A stretch of DNA of 64,000 bases from Christensenellaceae bacterium (GTDB taxonomy: Bacteria > Bacillota > Clostridia > Christensenellales > Borkfalkiaceae). A program made the translations under genes and the position numbers. Positions 46,498 through 57,115 of this stretch are shown here, piece after piece (position 1 is the first letter of the stretch; every line of letters starts with the position of its first letter). The notes beneath the pieces are model-generated. The model saw nothing but the letters and a program-made list of their open reading frames with translations. It did not search any database and was not told the DNA's origin. The stretch spans positions 4,702 through 68,701 of the forward strand of contig JAZUMP010000056.1 in the NCBI GenBank assembly GCA_045603725.1. Reading direction: 5' to 3'.

Positions 46498-47346
46498 CCT
46501 AATAAAAGCCTTAATTTTTAAGTTGTTATCGACAATTTTACCTATTCCTATAAATTGATTTTCGCCGTAAACTTTATAAAAACCATCGGCTAAATCTAAT
46601 AAACATAATCTACCGTTAATAACGTCACTAAACTTCTTTTTAGATAAGTTTACAGTTTCTAAATTAACTACGGTATCCGGTAAAATAAGCATTTTATCTT
46701 TATCAAAATTATTAATAATTTCTTCTAAAGTAAAAGAATTTTCTTTAGTAAAAATACCACTTTCAAGCCTTTCTAGCGCCGTCATCGTTGCATAAGTATT
46801 TAGTGCGAACGCCATATCGCGACAAATAGAGCGAATATAAGTTCCACCTTTACATTCTATAACAAACTCGTACGTATCACAACTAACTTGCCTAGTAAGT
46901 TTTATATCTTTTATAAAAACCGTTTTAGGTTTTAACTCTACTTCAATACCCTTTCTTGCTAGTTCGTAACTTCTTTTGCCGTTTACGTTTTTAGCACTAT
47001 ATATAGGTGGCAACTGTTCAATACTACCTATAAGATTAGGTAAAACGCTTTCAATCTCTTTTAGAGTGGGAATAACTCCGTTTTCTTTAACGATTTTTCC
47101 ACCCCTATCCAAAGTATCGGTTTCGTAACCAAAAGTAAATAGCGCTTTATAAATTTTGTTTTTTTCAAGCAAGAAGTCAAAAAGCCTCGTACTTTTGCCA
47201 AAGGCAATAGGAAGCACCCCTGAAGCAAGTGGGTCTAGCGTTCCCATATGCCCCATTTTTTCGCCTTTAAATTTCTTTTTTATTAAACTTAACGCATACG
47301 CCGACGACATTCCACTCGGCTTATACAAATTTATAAAACCATTCAT
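46495..47346 (-). CDS. truB: tRNA pseudouridine(55) synthase
   Basis: GHMGTLDPLASGVLPI is present. Confidence 0.92.
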   Translation of the reverse strand: MNGFINLYKPSGMSSAYALSLIKKKFKGEKMGHMGTLDPLASGVLPIAFGKSTRLFDFLLEKNKIYKALFTFGYETDTLDRGGKIVKENGVIPTLKEIESVLPNLIGSIEQLPPIYSAKNVNGKRSYELARKGIEVELKPKTVFIKDIKLTRQVSCDTYEFVIECKGGTYIRSICRDMAFALNTYATMTALERLESGIFTKENSFTLEEIINNFDKDKMLILPDTVVNLETVNLSKKKFSDVINGRLCLLDLADGFYKVYGENQFIGIGKIVDNNLKIKAFIR

Positions 47347-48311
47347 TACAACCTTTGACTTACGTTATATACAAGTTTATCAATAATATCTTCTTTATAG
47401 CCGTTAAGCATAGCGCCACTTGCTAAAATATGCCCACCGCCACCGTATAACGATGCAATTTCGTTAACGTTGACTTTACCTTTACTTCTAAAACTGATTT
47501 TATATCTTTTATCGCCAACTTCAAGGAGCGATATAGCAACTTCTATTCCCCTTATTGACATTGGAAAATCAATAAAACCTTCCGTCATACTTTCAACGGC
47601 GTTACATTCTTCTAAATCGCATTTATTTACAACTAAAACAGCAACTTGGTCATCTAAATAAAAACTTAATTTAGAAATAACTTTAGCATAAAGTTTGGCG
47701 CGTTCTTTAGTTTGGTCTTTAAACATTTTATAGATAATATAATTAAGATTTGCATCTTTAGAAAGCAATTCAGATGCGCATTTTAAAGTTTTTTCAGTAG
47801 TATTCGAGTGCGCAAAATTACCCGTATCAGTAACAACCCCAAGCAATATTGAATTAGCAATATCTTCATTAATATCAACTTTAAGTTCATTAATTAATTC
47901 GTAAATATTTTCCGAGTTTGAAGAATTATCGCAAATGTAATTATATTTTGCGTATTTAGTATTTGAAACGTGATGGTCAATATTAAAAGTGTTTTTATTT
48001 TTCGCAAATAAACCGTAAGCCCCTGCAATCATTGAAGGAACTGAACAGTCAACTGCAATATATCCATCGTATTCCTTAGTAATTTTATCGGGAGTAAGAT
48101 AATACTCAACACCATCAATAAAAGAAAACTTTTCAGGAATAGGACTATCGCAAACAAGGTCTGCATTAATCCCTAACAAAATAAGAGCGTTCCTAAGTGC
48201 CGTTGCCGAGCCAATAGTATCTCCGTCAGGTCTAGCGTGGCTAAAGATTAGCGCTGATTTTAAACTTTTAATTTTTGTTGCTATTTCAGTTATCGTCATT
48301 AGTATCTCCAT
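47346..48311 (-). CDS. nrnA: DHH/DHHA1 phosphoesterase (NrnA-type oligoribonuclease / pAp phosphatase). An alternative start lies at 48299.
   Basis: HARPDGDTIGS, DHH (IDHHVSN) and GGGH motifs are present. Confidence 0.85.
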   Translation of the reverse strand: MEILMTITEIATKIKSLKSALIFSHARPDGDTIGSATALRNALILLGINADLVCDSPIPEKFSFIDGVEYYLTPDKITKEYDGYIAVDCSVPSMIAGAYGLFAKNKNTFNIDHHVSNTKYAKYNYICDNSSNSENIYELINELKVDINEDIANSILLGVVTDTGNFAHSNTTEKTLKCASELLSKDANLNYIIYKMFKDQTKERAKLYAKVISKLSFYLDDQVAVLVVNKCDLEECNAVESMTEGFIDFPMSIRGIEVAISLLEVGDKRYKISFRSKGKVNVNEIASLYGGGGHILASGAMLNGYKEDIIDKLVYNVSQRL

Positions 48312-48654
48312 AAGTAATGGTACTTAATATTTTATCAATTTTGTTTCCATATTCTAACGCATCGTCTATATAAAAACGAAGTTCAGGAACGTATTTTATT
48401 CTAAGTTTATTTGATAAAACCTTTCTAATTTTAGATGCGCTATCTTTAATTCCGTCAAAAGTTGCTTGCTTTTTACTAGGGTCGGTAGAATAAACGCTAA
48501 CGTAAACTTTAGCACTTTTAAGGTCGGGAGCAACGTCCACGTCAGTAATACTAAACATTTCCGTAACCGACGGAATATTTAGTTCATATTTAATTGCTTC
48601 GTAAATAATTTTACGAAATTCACTACTTAGTTTTTCAGTTCTAGTCGATTTCAT
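48286..48654 (-). CDS. rbfA: Ribosome-binding factor A
   Basis: Size, position after infB, and the ...VPELRFYID... pattern support the call. Confidence 0.85.
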   Translation of the reverse strand: MKSTRTEKLSSEFRKIIYEAIKYELNIPSVTEMFSITDVDVAPDLKSAKVYVSVYSTDPSKKQATFDGIKDSASKIRKVLSNKLRIKYVPELRFYIDDALEYGNKIDKILSTITYGDTNDDN

Positions 48655-48730
48655 ATTTTCCTTTTAATTATAAAGTAAATGGCTGAAATTTATTTCAACC
48701 ATTTTCTTTAAAGGCAATATCTCTATAGCC

Positions 48731-51406
48731 TTATTTATTTTTGATTTCTTCAATGGTATAACATTCGATAAAGTCGCCAACTTTTATATCGTTAAAGTTT
48801 TCAATCGACATACCGCATTCATAACCTTGTTGAACTTCCTTAACGTCGTCTTTAAAGCGTTTAAGTTGTAACACGTTGCCTTCACAAATCATTATATCGT
48901 TACGGTAAATTCTAAGTTTGCCAGAGCGAACGATTTTACCTTCAACAACGTAGCAACCTGCAACCGTACCAACGTTAGAAATTTTAAACGTTTCTCTAAC
49001 TTCGGCTTTACCAAGATATACTTCGTTAAATTTAGGCTTAAGCATGCCTTTAAGAGCCTTTTTAATATCTTCAATCGCTTCGTAGATAACTCTATAAAGT
49101 TTAACGTCAATTTTACTTTGCTCTGCAAGCGCTTTAGCCTTACTATCAGGTCTTACGTTAAAGCCGATAATAATCGAGTTAGAAGAATCTGCTAAACTTA
49201 CGTCCGTTTCTGAAATCGCTCCAACGGCTGCGTGAATAACGTTAACTTTAACTTCTTCGTTAGAAAGTTCTAAAAGCGATTGTTTAACTGCTTCAACCGA
49301 GCCTTGAACGTCTGCTTTAACGATAAGATTAAGGTTTTTAAGGTCGCCTGAAGATACTTTTGAGAATAAATCGTCAAGAGAAACTTTTTGTTGTTCTCTT
49401 ATCATATCTTCTCTTTCTTTATTCTTTCTTTCAGCGGCAACTAACGTTGAAAGTTTTGCTTCTTCAACGGCAAAGATAGAATCTCCCGCGTTTGGAACGG
49501 ATTCTAAACCAAGAACAGATACAGGAATTGATGGACCTGCGGTTTTAACGTTTCTACCCTTATCGTCAATCATTGCTCTAACTTTACCGGTAATAGTACC
49601 TGCTACGAGATAATCGCCGACTTTTAACGTACCACTTTGAACGAGAACGGTAGCAACGGGACCTTTACCCTTGTCAAGTTTTGCTTCAACGATAATACCC
49701 CTTGCCATACGGTCGGGATTTGCTTTTAATTCTTTAATTTCTGCAGATAAAATAATAGTTTCAAGTAAAGAATCAATACCTACGCCTGTTTTAGCGGAAA
49801 CGGGAACGAGAGCAACGTCTCCACCCCATTCTTCTACTAAAATTTCTTGGTCGGCAAGACCTTTTTTAACCCTTTCTAAATCAGCAGTTTGTTTATCAAT
49901 CTTATTTGCAGCAATAATAATAGTAACGCCGGCAGCCTTAGCGTGGTTAATCGCTTCTATAGTTTGTGGCATAATGCCGTCGTCGGCAGCAACTACTATT
50001 ACGGCAATATCGGTAAGACCTGCACCACGAGCACGCATTGCAGTAAACGCAGCGTGGCCCGGAGTATCAAGGAAAGTAATTTGTTCGCCGTTTATACTTA
50101 CAGTATAAGCACCTATGTGTTGAGTTATACCACCTGCTTCACCAGCAGTTACGTTCGCATTTCTAATTCTATCAAGAAGCGAAGTTTTGCCATGGTCAAC
50201 GTGCCCCATAACCGTAACGATTGGTGGACGCTTTTGAAGTTTAGACTCGTCTTCTTGTTCTTCTTTAAAGCCTTCAGAGAGCACGTCTTCAGCAGTTTTG
50301 TCAAGTTTAAGTTCAAGTTCTATGCCAAGACCTGCAGCGATAAAGCCTGCCGTATCGTAATCAATAGAATCGTTAATGGTTTTTAAAATGCCTTCTTTAA
50401 ATAAAATTTTAGTAATTTCTATTGCTTGAACGCCGATAAGTTCAGATAATTCTTTAATTTGAAGAATTTCTTTATTAATAACTGCTTTTTCAATCTTAAC
50501 GGTGTTTTGCGTTGCTTCTTGGCGTTTATCTTTCGCTTTACGAAGTTTTCTGTAACCCGTTTTATTCTCATCAAAGTCCTCAAGAGAAACTTGACCTTTT
50601 ATAAGCGACTTTTTATTAATAGCCTTCTTATCTTCGTAATTATTCCTTTCGTTCGATTTCTTTTTATTGTTAAGTTTGGAGTTTTCCTTTGGAATAAATA
50701 CTTGTGGAGCGTCTTTTATAGCACTAAACTTTTTATCTCCTTGAACTTTAGGCTGGAATTCTCTCTTTTTATCACCGTCAAAAGGTTTTTTATCACCTGT
50801 TTTATTGAACGGCTTTTTATCTCCTTGAAGTTTTGGCTTTTTATCATTATCTTTATTAACAAATTCCCTTTGTTTTTGTGGAATAAATACCCTTTTACCG
50901 TCAACAATAAAGATATTGGGATTGCTAGTCTTTTCAATAGTAGGAGTTTTAGGTTGCTCTTCTTTTTGCTTTTCCTCAACCTTTTGTTCAACCTTTTCTT
51001 CCTTAACCGACTTAATTTCTCCTACTTTTTCTTCTGAAACAGGTTTAACTTCCTCTATTTTTTCGATTTCTTCTTTTTTAGGCTCAACTACCGTTTCAAC
51101 GCTTTCAGTTAAAGTAGCAGTTTCATTTTTGCGCTTAGATTTTTTCTCTTCCACTTTAATTTCAGGAGTTTCTTCTACCACCGCTTCAATAACTTCTTCT
51201 ACTTCTACAACCGATTGCGCTTCTTGTTTAAGTAATTCTTCCTTTTTCGCAGTCGCTAAAAGGCGGGCCTTATCTCCTATCTTTTTAGACACTCCCTTAA
51301 TAACAGCCTTAGCATCGTTTAACTTAACTAAATGCGCGCCTTCTTTATATAACGTATTTATTATTTTAATGTTCTCAAAAACGTCTTTCTTTTCTTCTAT
51401 TCCCAT
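48731..51406 (-). CDS. infB: Translation initiation factor IF-2
   Basis: G-domain motifs [17 protein letters not shown] and NKID are present. The N-terminal region is a long K/E-rich segment with GDKKPF-type repeats. Confidence 0.97.
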   Translation of the reverse strand: MGIEEKKDVFENIKIINTLYKEGAHLVKLNDAKAVIKGVSKKIGDKARLLATAKKEELLKQEAQSVVEVEEVIEAVVEETPEIKVEEKKSKRKNETATLTESVETVVEPKKEEIEKIEEVKPVSEEKVGEIKSVKEEKVEQKVEEKQKEEQPKTPTIEKTSNPNIFIVDGKRVFIPQKQREFVNKDNDKKPKLQGDKKPFNKTGDKKPFDGDKKREFQPKVQGDKKFSAIKDAPQVFIPKENSKLNNKKKSNERNNYEDKKAINKKSLIKGQVSLEDFDENKTGYRKLRKAKDKRQEATQNTVKIEKAVINKEILQIKELSELIGVQAIEITKILFKEGILKTINDSIDYDTAGFIAAGLGIELELKLDKTAEDVLSEGFKEEQEDESKLQKRPPIVTVMGHVDHGKTSLLDRIRNANVTAGEAGGITQHIGAYTVSINGEQITFLDTPGHAAFTAMRARGAGLTDIAVIVVAADDGIMPQTIEAINHAKAAGVTIIIAANKIDKQTADLERVKKGLADQEILVEEWGGDVALVPVSAKTGVGIDSLLETIILSAEIKELKANPDRMARGIIVEAKLDKGKGPVATVLVQSGTLKVGDYLVAGTITGKVRAMIDDKGRNVKTAGPSIPVSVLGLESVPNAGDSIFAVEEAKLSTLVAAERKNKEREDMIREQQKVSLDDLFSKVSSGDLKNLNLIVKADVQGSVEAVKQSLLELSNEEVKVNVIHAAVGAISETDVSLADSSNSIIIGFNVRPDSKAKALAEQSKIDVKLYRVIYEAIEDIKKALKGMLKPKFNEVYLGKAEVRETFKISNVGTVAGCYVVEGKIVRSGKLRIYRNDIMICEGNVLQLKRFKDDVKEVQQGYECGMSIENFNDIKVGDFIECYTIEEIKNK

Positions 51407-51729
51407 TATAATAAACCTCCAAAATATTCCGATAAACGAGAGTCGTTACTATCAATTATTGCCTTTGATAACGCCTTATCTAATATAGCAATAAGTTTAC
51501 AATTCTCTTTAAAAACGACTTCTTCAAGTTTTACTTCATTTAAAACAAGCAGTTTTGAATTTAACTTTTTAGATAAACTTACCGATTCTTTTAAAGTGTT
51601 TTCGGTAGCAGTTGAACAAACTATTAAAAGTTCTGCCTTTTTTAAGGTTTTAACGGCGTTTACGCCCATTTTAACCTTTCTTGCCTTTATTGCAAAACCT
51701 ATAAAAGTAAACGCCTTAGTCTTTTCCAA
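51406..51729 (-). CDS. ylxQ: L7Ae-family RNA-binding protein (YlxQ)
   Basis: 107 aa, lying between ylxR and infB. Confidence 0.75.
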   Translation of the reverse strand: MEKTKAFTFIGFAIKARKVKMGVNAVKTLKKAELLIVCSTATENTLKESVSLSKKLNSKLLVLNEVKLEEVVFKENCKLIAILDKALSKAIIDSNDSRLSEYFGGLL

Positions 51730-51985
51730 AAAATTCCTCCTCGATGGCTTTATAGACGCTTAAATCAATTTCCATTTGAAAAGCGTGATTTAAAAGCTTT
51801 TTCTTAAGTAACTTTTGAGCGCACGCCTTATCATCGCAAATGTATGCTCCGCGTCCTGAAAGTTTGCCGGTTTTATCAACGGCAAACGCGCCTTCTTTAT
51901 TCTTTACTATTCTAATTAGTTCTTTTTTTGGTTTTTCAATTCTGCATGCAATGCAAGTACGCATCGGAATTTTCTTTTCCGCCAT
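51716..51985 (-). CDS. ylxR: YlxR (DUF448) RNA-binding protein
   Basis: RTCIACR...GRGAYIC motif is present, directly after nusA. Confidence 0.85.
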   Translation of the reverse strand: MAEKKIPMRTCIACRIEKPKKELIRIVKNKEGAFAVDKTGKLSGRGAYICDDKACAQKLLKKKLLNHAFQMEIDLSVYKAIEEEFFGKD

Positions 51986-52004
51986 TATTATCTCCTACAA
52001 AAAA

Positions 52005-53138
52005 TTATTCTGTAATTTCTCCTACCGAGTCAAAATCAGCAACGTCGCCTAAATCACCAAGGTTATCAATATCTTCTAAATTTTCAAAAGACATTTCTTC
52101 CATCGCTTTAGATTCGCTCTTAACGTCAATCTTCCAACCCGTAAGTTTAGCGGCAAGCCTTGCGTTTTGACCGTCTTTACCGATAGCGAGGGAAAGTTTA
52201 TCGTCTGGAACAATAACTCTAGCAGACTTTTCATCAGTCGCCATAACTCTTAAAACTTTAGCAGGAGCCAACGCTCTTGCTATAAATTCAAGTGGATTGT
52301 CAGACCAAGGAATAATATCGATTTTTTCACCACCAAGTTGCTCTATAACCGCGTTAACGCGCATACCTTTATTACCAACACAAGCGCCAACTGCATCAAT
52401 TTGTGGGTCTTCACTATAAATTGCGATTTTACTTCTTTGACCTGCTTCACGAGATACTGCTTTAATAACTACGATACCTTGCCTAATTTCAGGAACTTCG
52501 TTTTCAAAAAACCTAGTTACAAGGCCGATTGCCGTACGTGAAACCATAACTTGAGTAGTTCTACCCATATTCCTAACTTTTTTAACGTACACGGTAATTT
52601 TATCATTAATTTCGTATTTTTCACCAACAATTTGGTCTTGTGGAAGCATAACGCCTTCAAGCCCACCACCTGCAAGTTCAACGTAAACGTTGCCGTTTTC
52701 AACTCTTCTTACGATAGCGGTATGGATTTCATTTTCTTTATCTTCAAATTCTTGAATTGTATTAACTCTTTCTGCTTCCCTTATTTTTTGCATAACCACT
52801 TGTTTTGCAGTTTGAGCGGCTATTCTACCAAATTCCTTTGGCACGAATTCCTTTTCAAAAGTATCGCCAAGTTTATAACTTTTTTTATAAGTTTTAGCCT
52901 CTTCTAAGGTAATTTCTTTACTAGGGTCCTCAACCACTTCAACTATTTGCTTACAAGCGTAGAATTTTAAAGAACACTTTTCTTCATTGTACTTAATAAC
53001 TACGTCGCTAGCGTCTCCAGCATACTTTTTGTAAGCAGAAGTAAGTGCGTTTTGTAATGTGTCTAAAAATGATTGTCTATCAATTCCCTTTGAAAGACAG
53101 AGCTCGTTAAGAGCGGCAAAAAAATCTTTATTTACCAT
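52005..53138 (-). CDS. nusA: Transcription termination/antitermination factor NusA
   Basis: S1 and KH domains are recognisable, with ...ACVGNKGMRVNAV... and ...LAIGKDGQNARLAAKLTGWKIDV.... Confidence 0.95.
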   Translation of the reverse strand: MVNKDFFAALNELCLSKGIDRQSFLDTLQNALTSAYKKYAGDASDVVIKYNEEKCSLKFYACKQIVEVVEDPSKEITLEEAKTYKKSYKLGDTFEKEFVPKEFGRIAAQTAKQVVMQKIREAERVNTIQEFEDKENEIHTAIVRRVENGNVYVELAGGGLEGVMLPQDQIVGEKYEINDKITVYVKKVRNMGRTTQVMVSRTAIGLVTRFFENEVPEIRQGIVVIKAVSREAGQRSKIAIYSEDPQIDAVGACVGNKGMRVNAVIEQLGGEKIDIIPWSDNPLEFIARALAPAKVLRVMATDEKSARVIVPDDKLSLAIGKDGQNARLAAKLTGWKIDVKSESKAMEEMSFENLEDIDNLGDLGDVADFDSVGEITE

Positions 53139-53170
53139 AATTTCTCCTTAAAATATAGAAATTTAATTTC

Positions 53171-53626
53171 CTAAAAAATAATTGCTTCGTTTATTTTAGC
53201 GATTTGTGGCATTGAAATTTTAATTTCTTTACCATTTACCGCAATAGTTATACTGCCACCGTCATACTCTTTTAAAACGCCTTCAAAATACTTTTGCCCG
53301 TTCATTGGCGCGTAAAGTTTAACTTCTACCATTTTGCCAATGCGCTTTAAAAAATCCCTTTCAGTTTTAAGCGGTCTATCAAGACCCGGACTTGAAACAT
53401 TTAAGGTGTATGGATTAGGATATGGGTCAAACTCGTCAAGCGGGTCGGAAATAAGATTGTGAAAAGCCTCGCAACTATCTAAATCTACGCCACCTTCTTT
53501 ATCGATATAAATAGTAAGTTGCGGGTTTTTAGACATTTTAAAAGAAACCTCAACAATCTCTAAATTTAAACTTTCAGCATACGGCGTTAAAAACGCTTCA
53601 ATTTCATTAACTGGTTTTGCTTTCAT
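53171..53626 (-). CDS. rimP: Ribosome maturation factor RimP
   Basis: ...LNVSSPGLDRPLK... is present, and the gene lies upstream of nusA. Confidence 0.9.
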   Translation of the reverse strand: MKAKPVNEIEAFLTPYAESLNLEIVEVSFKMSKNPQLTIYIDKEGGVDLDSCEAFHNLISDPLDEFDPYPNPYTLNVSSPGLDRPLKTERDFLKRIGKMVEVKLYAPMNGQKYFEGVLKEYDGGSITIAVNGKEIKISMPQIAKINEAIIF

Positions 53627-53654
53627 ATTTTCACCTTATTAAATTAATGCCTAC

Positions 53655-53689
53655 ATAAAGAAATTTGAGAGTGGCTAACCACTCTCAAA
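53655..53689 (-). terminator. Intrinsic-terminator-like hairpin in the rimP-nusA leader; a possible attenuator
   Basis: tttgagagtgg-ttag-ccactctcaaa followed by TTTCTTTAT on the minus strand. It lies downstream of the 53717-53745 promoter. Confidence 0.55.
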
Positions 53690-53716
53690 CTACAAGTAAC
53701 ATCTTATAACGATAAT

Positions 53717-53745
53717 ATTTTAACATATAATGTTAAATATATCAA
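53717..53745 (-). promoter_or_regulatory. Promoter TTGATA-N17-TAAAAT for the rimP-nusA-infB operon
   Basis: On the minus strand the hexamers are at 53745-53740 and 53722-53717. Confidence 0.5.
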
Positions 53746-53761
53746 GCGTTTTTTACTAATT

Positions 53762-55300
53762 TTAAATATCTTTTAAACTTTTTTTACCTTTAACTAGTTC
53801 TAAAAGCATTTCTGCAGTTGCTAAAGAGTCGGATAACGCCCTATGGTGATTAAAGGTAATACCAAAATAATCGCAAACGTTATTAAGTTTATGATGCTTT
53901 AGCGACGGCAATATTTTTCTAGACAAATAAAGAGTATCTACAACTTCGTTTTTTAAAAGGTATCCTAAGTTTTTACCAGCGTTTTTTAAAAACCTAAAGT
54001 CAAATTCCGCATTGTGTGCAACGAAAACTGTATTTTCTATAAATTTAAAAAAGTCTGGATAAACCATATCTATAGTCGGACTATCTTTTACAAGTTCATC
54101 ACTAATACCCGTCAATTCTACTATTCTTTCGGGAATAGAAACTTCAGGGTTGACTAGCGTTTGGAAACTTTCAGTAATTACACCATTTACAATTTTAACA
54201 ACGGCAATTTCAGTAATTTTATCATACTGAGCGTCAGTTCCCGTAGTTTCAATATCAACGACTGAAAAAGTCCTATCTGTAAATTCAATAGGAAGTCCTT
54301 TATCAACGTTAAAGAAATCTTCCTGTTTAGTGCTAGTAATATTTTCCGGAAAAACCAAAGAGTATTTTTCAGGCGCCTTTTTAGAAGGTTTTTCTTTAGG
54401 CGTAAAATTTTTAGGGAATTCACATAAATGATAGCCTTTTATTGTCAAACTTGGAGCGCCGTTAAACAGTTCGTTCTCACAGCGCATAATAATTTGGCTT
54501 CCAACCGAAATTTTCTCAAGTTTTTTAAGTTTTTGCTTATCGCTAGTAAAAAATCTACCCGTAATTTTACCGGTTTTATCGTCTATAGTTATAAGGTTAT
54601 AAGGCTTGCCGTTTTTAGAAATTTTATTTTCTATTTGATTAACGACTCCGGCAAAATATATAGGACCTATTCTATCCTGACCGTCGGATATGTAAATTGC
54701 CGTATCGTATAAAGCGTCGTCGCAAAACTTTAATACGTTAGTTACTTTTATATATCTTAACGTAGAGTCTTCAAGTTCCCCAAAATTCATACTTTCAACG
54801 TCGTACGTAGGGCTTTCGGTTTCGTCGCTAACAATCTTTATCGAGCCTACGAAATCATGAGCGTAAGACCTAGATAAATAGTTACACATTTTATCAAGTT
54901 CTGAAGTTCTTAAAAAGTAATCGCTTAAACTATCTATTAAGTTAAGTTCAAAAACTATTTTTTTATTTACTGATAAAATTTTAATATTTTCATCACTAAT
55001 TAAATGCGAAATATGAAAACATTTCTCTTTTATATAATCTATAATTACACGGCTTGCAAGTTCTTTATCGCATATAGATTTTTTTATTAAAAGATTAATT
55101 TTGGTTAAACCTTCTAGCCTTTCGTTTAAAGATTTTATAATAAAATTTTTACCTTCGATACTAACTGCAACGTCGCTTATCGCTTCAACTTCTAAAATAT
55201 TAGAATCTTCAAAAAAGACTGCACTTTTAAGGCGCAAATCTCCTAAATTATTATCAAACGATTTTAAAGTATCAAACAGTAAATCACAAGCGTTTTTCAA
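53762..55300 (-). CDS. PolC-related protein containing only the PolC N-terminal domain, OB fold and DEDDh 3'-5' exonuclease; no PHP or polymerase core
   Basis: The exonuclease motifs are FSVVDIETTG, VAHNAEFDFRFL and HHRALSDSLATAE. The OB-like segment is IYFAGVVNQIENKISKNGKPYNLITIDDKTGKITGRFF. By eye, both align closely to the corresponding B. subtilis PolC segments. The protein is 512 aa. Confidence 0.75.
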   Translation of the reverse strand: MKNACDLLFDTLKSFDNNLGDLRLKSAVFFEDSNILEVEAISDVAVSIEGKNFIIKSLNERLEGLTKINLLIKKSICDKELASRVIIDYIKEKCFHISHLISDENIKILSVNKKIVFELNLIDSLSDYFLRTSELDKMCNYLSRSYAHDFVGSIKIVSDETESPTYDVESMNFGELEDSTLRYIKVTNVLKFCDDALYDTAIYISDGQDRIGPIYFAGVVNQIENKISKNGKPYNLITIDDKTGKITGRFFTSDKQKLKKLEKISVGSQIIMRCENELFNGAPSLTIKGYHLCEFPKNFTPKEKPSKKAPEKYSLVFPENITSTKQEDFFNVDKGLPIEFTDRTFSVVDIETTGTDAQYDKITEIAVVKIVNGVITESFQTLVNPEVSIPERIVELTGISDELVKDSPTIDMVYPDFFKFIENTVFVAHNAEFDFRFLKNAGKNLGYLLKNEVVDTLYLSRKILPSLKHHKLNNVCDYFGITFNHHRALSDSLATAEMLLELVKGKKSLKDI

Positions 55301-56330
55301 TTTCTTTTATTTCCTTAACAAATTCTTCTTCTGCTAAATTAAAAGGCACTTTTTTATACACTTCACCCTTTTTAAATATAACGCAAAAATCTTTAGACCC
55401 TGCTATTCCAAGGTCGCAGTCTTTCGCTTCGCCAGGACCGTTAACAACGCAACCCATAACGGCTATTTTGAGTGGTTTTTTTATATCTTTTGTAAGATTT
55501 TCTATTCTCTCGGCAAGACCGATTGAATCGTATTCCGTTCTACCACAAGTGGGGCAAGAAATAATTTCAACGTAGTCTTTTTCAAGCCCAACCGAGCGCA
55601 ATATCTTTTTTGCAACGATAGGCTCTTTAATTGGGTCTGCAGTTAAACTTACCCTTATGGTATCGCCTATTCCCTTTAATAAAAGCGAGCCTATTGCAAC
55701 GCTACTTTTTATAATTCCATTTTCATAAGTGCCCGCTTCTGTAACTCCTATATGAAGTGGATAATTAGTCTTTTTAGATAAATACTCATACGCTTTTATA
55801 GTTAAATTAACGTCGCTCGCTTTAGTTGAAATAACTATATTTTCAACACCGTATTTTTCAAGCGCGTAAACGTTTTTTAAGGCGCTTTCAACGAGTGAAA
55901 TTTCATTTTTGCCGTACTTAGATAAAAATTCCTTTTCAATACTACCCGTGTTCGAGCCAACTCTAACAGGAACTTTGTACTGCTTTAAACAGTCCGCCAC
56001 CCTTTTAATGTTTTCTTCACTTCCAATATTACCGGGGTTAATTCTAACCTTATCAATACCGTTTTCAATAGACTTTATTGCTAAGCGATAATCAAAATGT
56101 ATATCGGCAACGAGTGGAACGCTAGTTTTAGATTTTATAATTTTTATTGCTTCAGCGTCTTTTTCATCTTTAACGGCAAGTCGAACGATATCGCAACCGT
56201 TTAATGCTAAAGCATTAATTTGCGATACTACTTCGTCTATTTTTTCGGTTTTAACGTTAGTCATCGACTGAACTAATACCCTTTCGCCACCACCGATATA
56301 TAAATTACCGATTTTAACTTTTTTCGTCAA
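55284..56330 (-). CDS. ispG: 4-hydroxy-3-methylbut-2-en-1-yl diphosphate synthase
   Basis: ...VRINPGNIG... is present, with the C-terminal cluster CPTCGR...GCVVNGPGE. Confidence 0.93.
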   Translation of the reverse strand: MTKKVKIGNLYIGGGERVLVQSMTNVKTEKIDEVVSQINALALNGCDIVRLAVKDEKDAEAIKIIKSKTSVPLVADIHFDYRLAIKSIENGIDKVRINPGNIGSEENIKRVADCLKQYKVPVRVGSNTGSIEKEFLSKYGKNEISLVESALKNVYALEKYGVENIVISTKASDVNLTIKAYEYLSKKTNYPLHIGVTEAGTYENGIIKSSVAIGSLLLKGIGDTIRVSLTADPIKEPIVAKKILRSVGLEKDYVEIISCPTCGRTEYDSIGLAERIENLTKDIKKPLKIAVMGCVVNGPGEAKDCDLGIAGSKDFCVIFKKGEVYKKVPFNLAEEEFVKEIKEIEKRL

Positions 56331-57115
56331 GATTTATTACCGCCTTTATTCATTTCATATATAAGCCTTAACCCTTCGAGCGTAAGCATTCTATCAATTT
56401 TTGTAATACAAGATACTTCTTTAGCAATGATTTCGCCCATACCACCCGTTGCGATAACGCTAATATCGTCTACGTTAAGTTCTTCTTTAATCTTTTTAAT
56501 AATATTTTCAACGAGCCCTGCAAAGCCGAAAATAACACCTGCTTGCATACAAGAAACGGTATTTTTACCAATAACCGACTTTGGCGCTTCAAGTTCAATC
56601 ATAGGTAGTTGCGCAGTATTAGAAACCAAGCCTTCAAGAGCAGTTTTTATACCCGGAGCAATTACAACGCCAAGTAGTTCGCCGTTTCCTGAAATTATAT
56701 CAAAAGTCGTAGCCGTGCCAAAGTCGATAACAACCATAGGATTACCATCACCGTAACGCTTATACGCGCTTACGCTATTAACGATAATATCTGCGCCTAC
56801 TTCTTTAGGATTATCCGCCTTAATGTTAAGCCCTGTTTTAATACCTGCACCAATCATAAACGGAGAAATGCCAAAGAAATATTCGCACATATGGCTTATA
56901 GTATAGTTAAGCGACGGAATAACCGACGACATAATAATCCCATCTATATCACTTCTACTAATATTAGAACTTGATAGTAAGTTTATAAGCGTTGCACCGT
57001 ACTCGTCGGCAGTACGTGAGTGGCGTGAAGACACCCTATAAGACGCCTTTAACGTTTTACCGTCAAACACTGCATATTTAATATTCGTATTACCTACGTC
57101 GATACATAAAATCAT
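56327..57115 (-). CDS. coaX: Type III pantothenate kinase
   Basis: MILCIDVGNTNIKYAVF, ...VVIDFGTATTFD... and ...IATGG... are present. Confidence 0.9.
   Translation of the reverse strand: MILCIDVGNTNIKYAVFDGKTLKASYRVSSRHSRTADEYGATLINLLSSSNISRSDIDGIIMSSVIPSLNYTISHMCEYFFGISPFMIGAGIKTGLNIKADNPKEVGADIIVNSVSAYKRYGDGNPMVVIDFGTATTFDIISGNGELLGVVIAPGIKTALEGLVSNTAQLPMIELEAPKSVIGKNTVSCMQAGVIFGFAGLVENIIKKIKEELNVDDISVIATGGMGEIIAKEVSCITKIDRMLTLEGLRLIYEMNKGGNKS

Noticed and set aside
48892-51488. A cluster of long alternative-frame ORFs inside infB: 48892..49128-, 49671..50108+, 49889..50386+, 50459..51037+, 50716..50991- and 50916..51488+.
   Set aside because: The infB frame is unambiguous, with an intact G domain and C-terminal domains. 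The repetitive K/E-rich N-terminal coding region naturally leaves other frames open.
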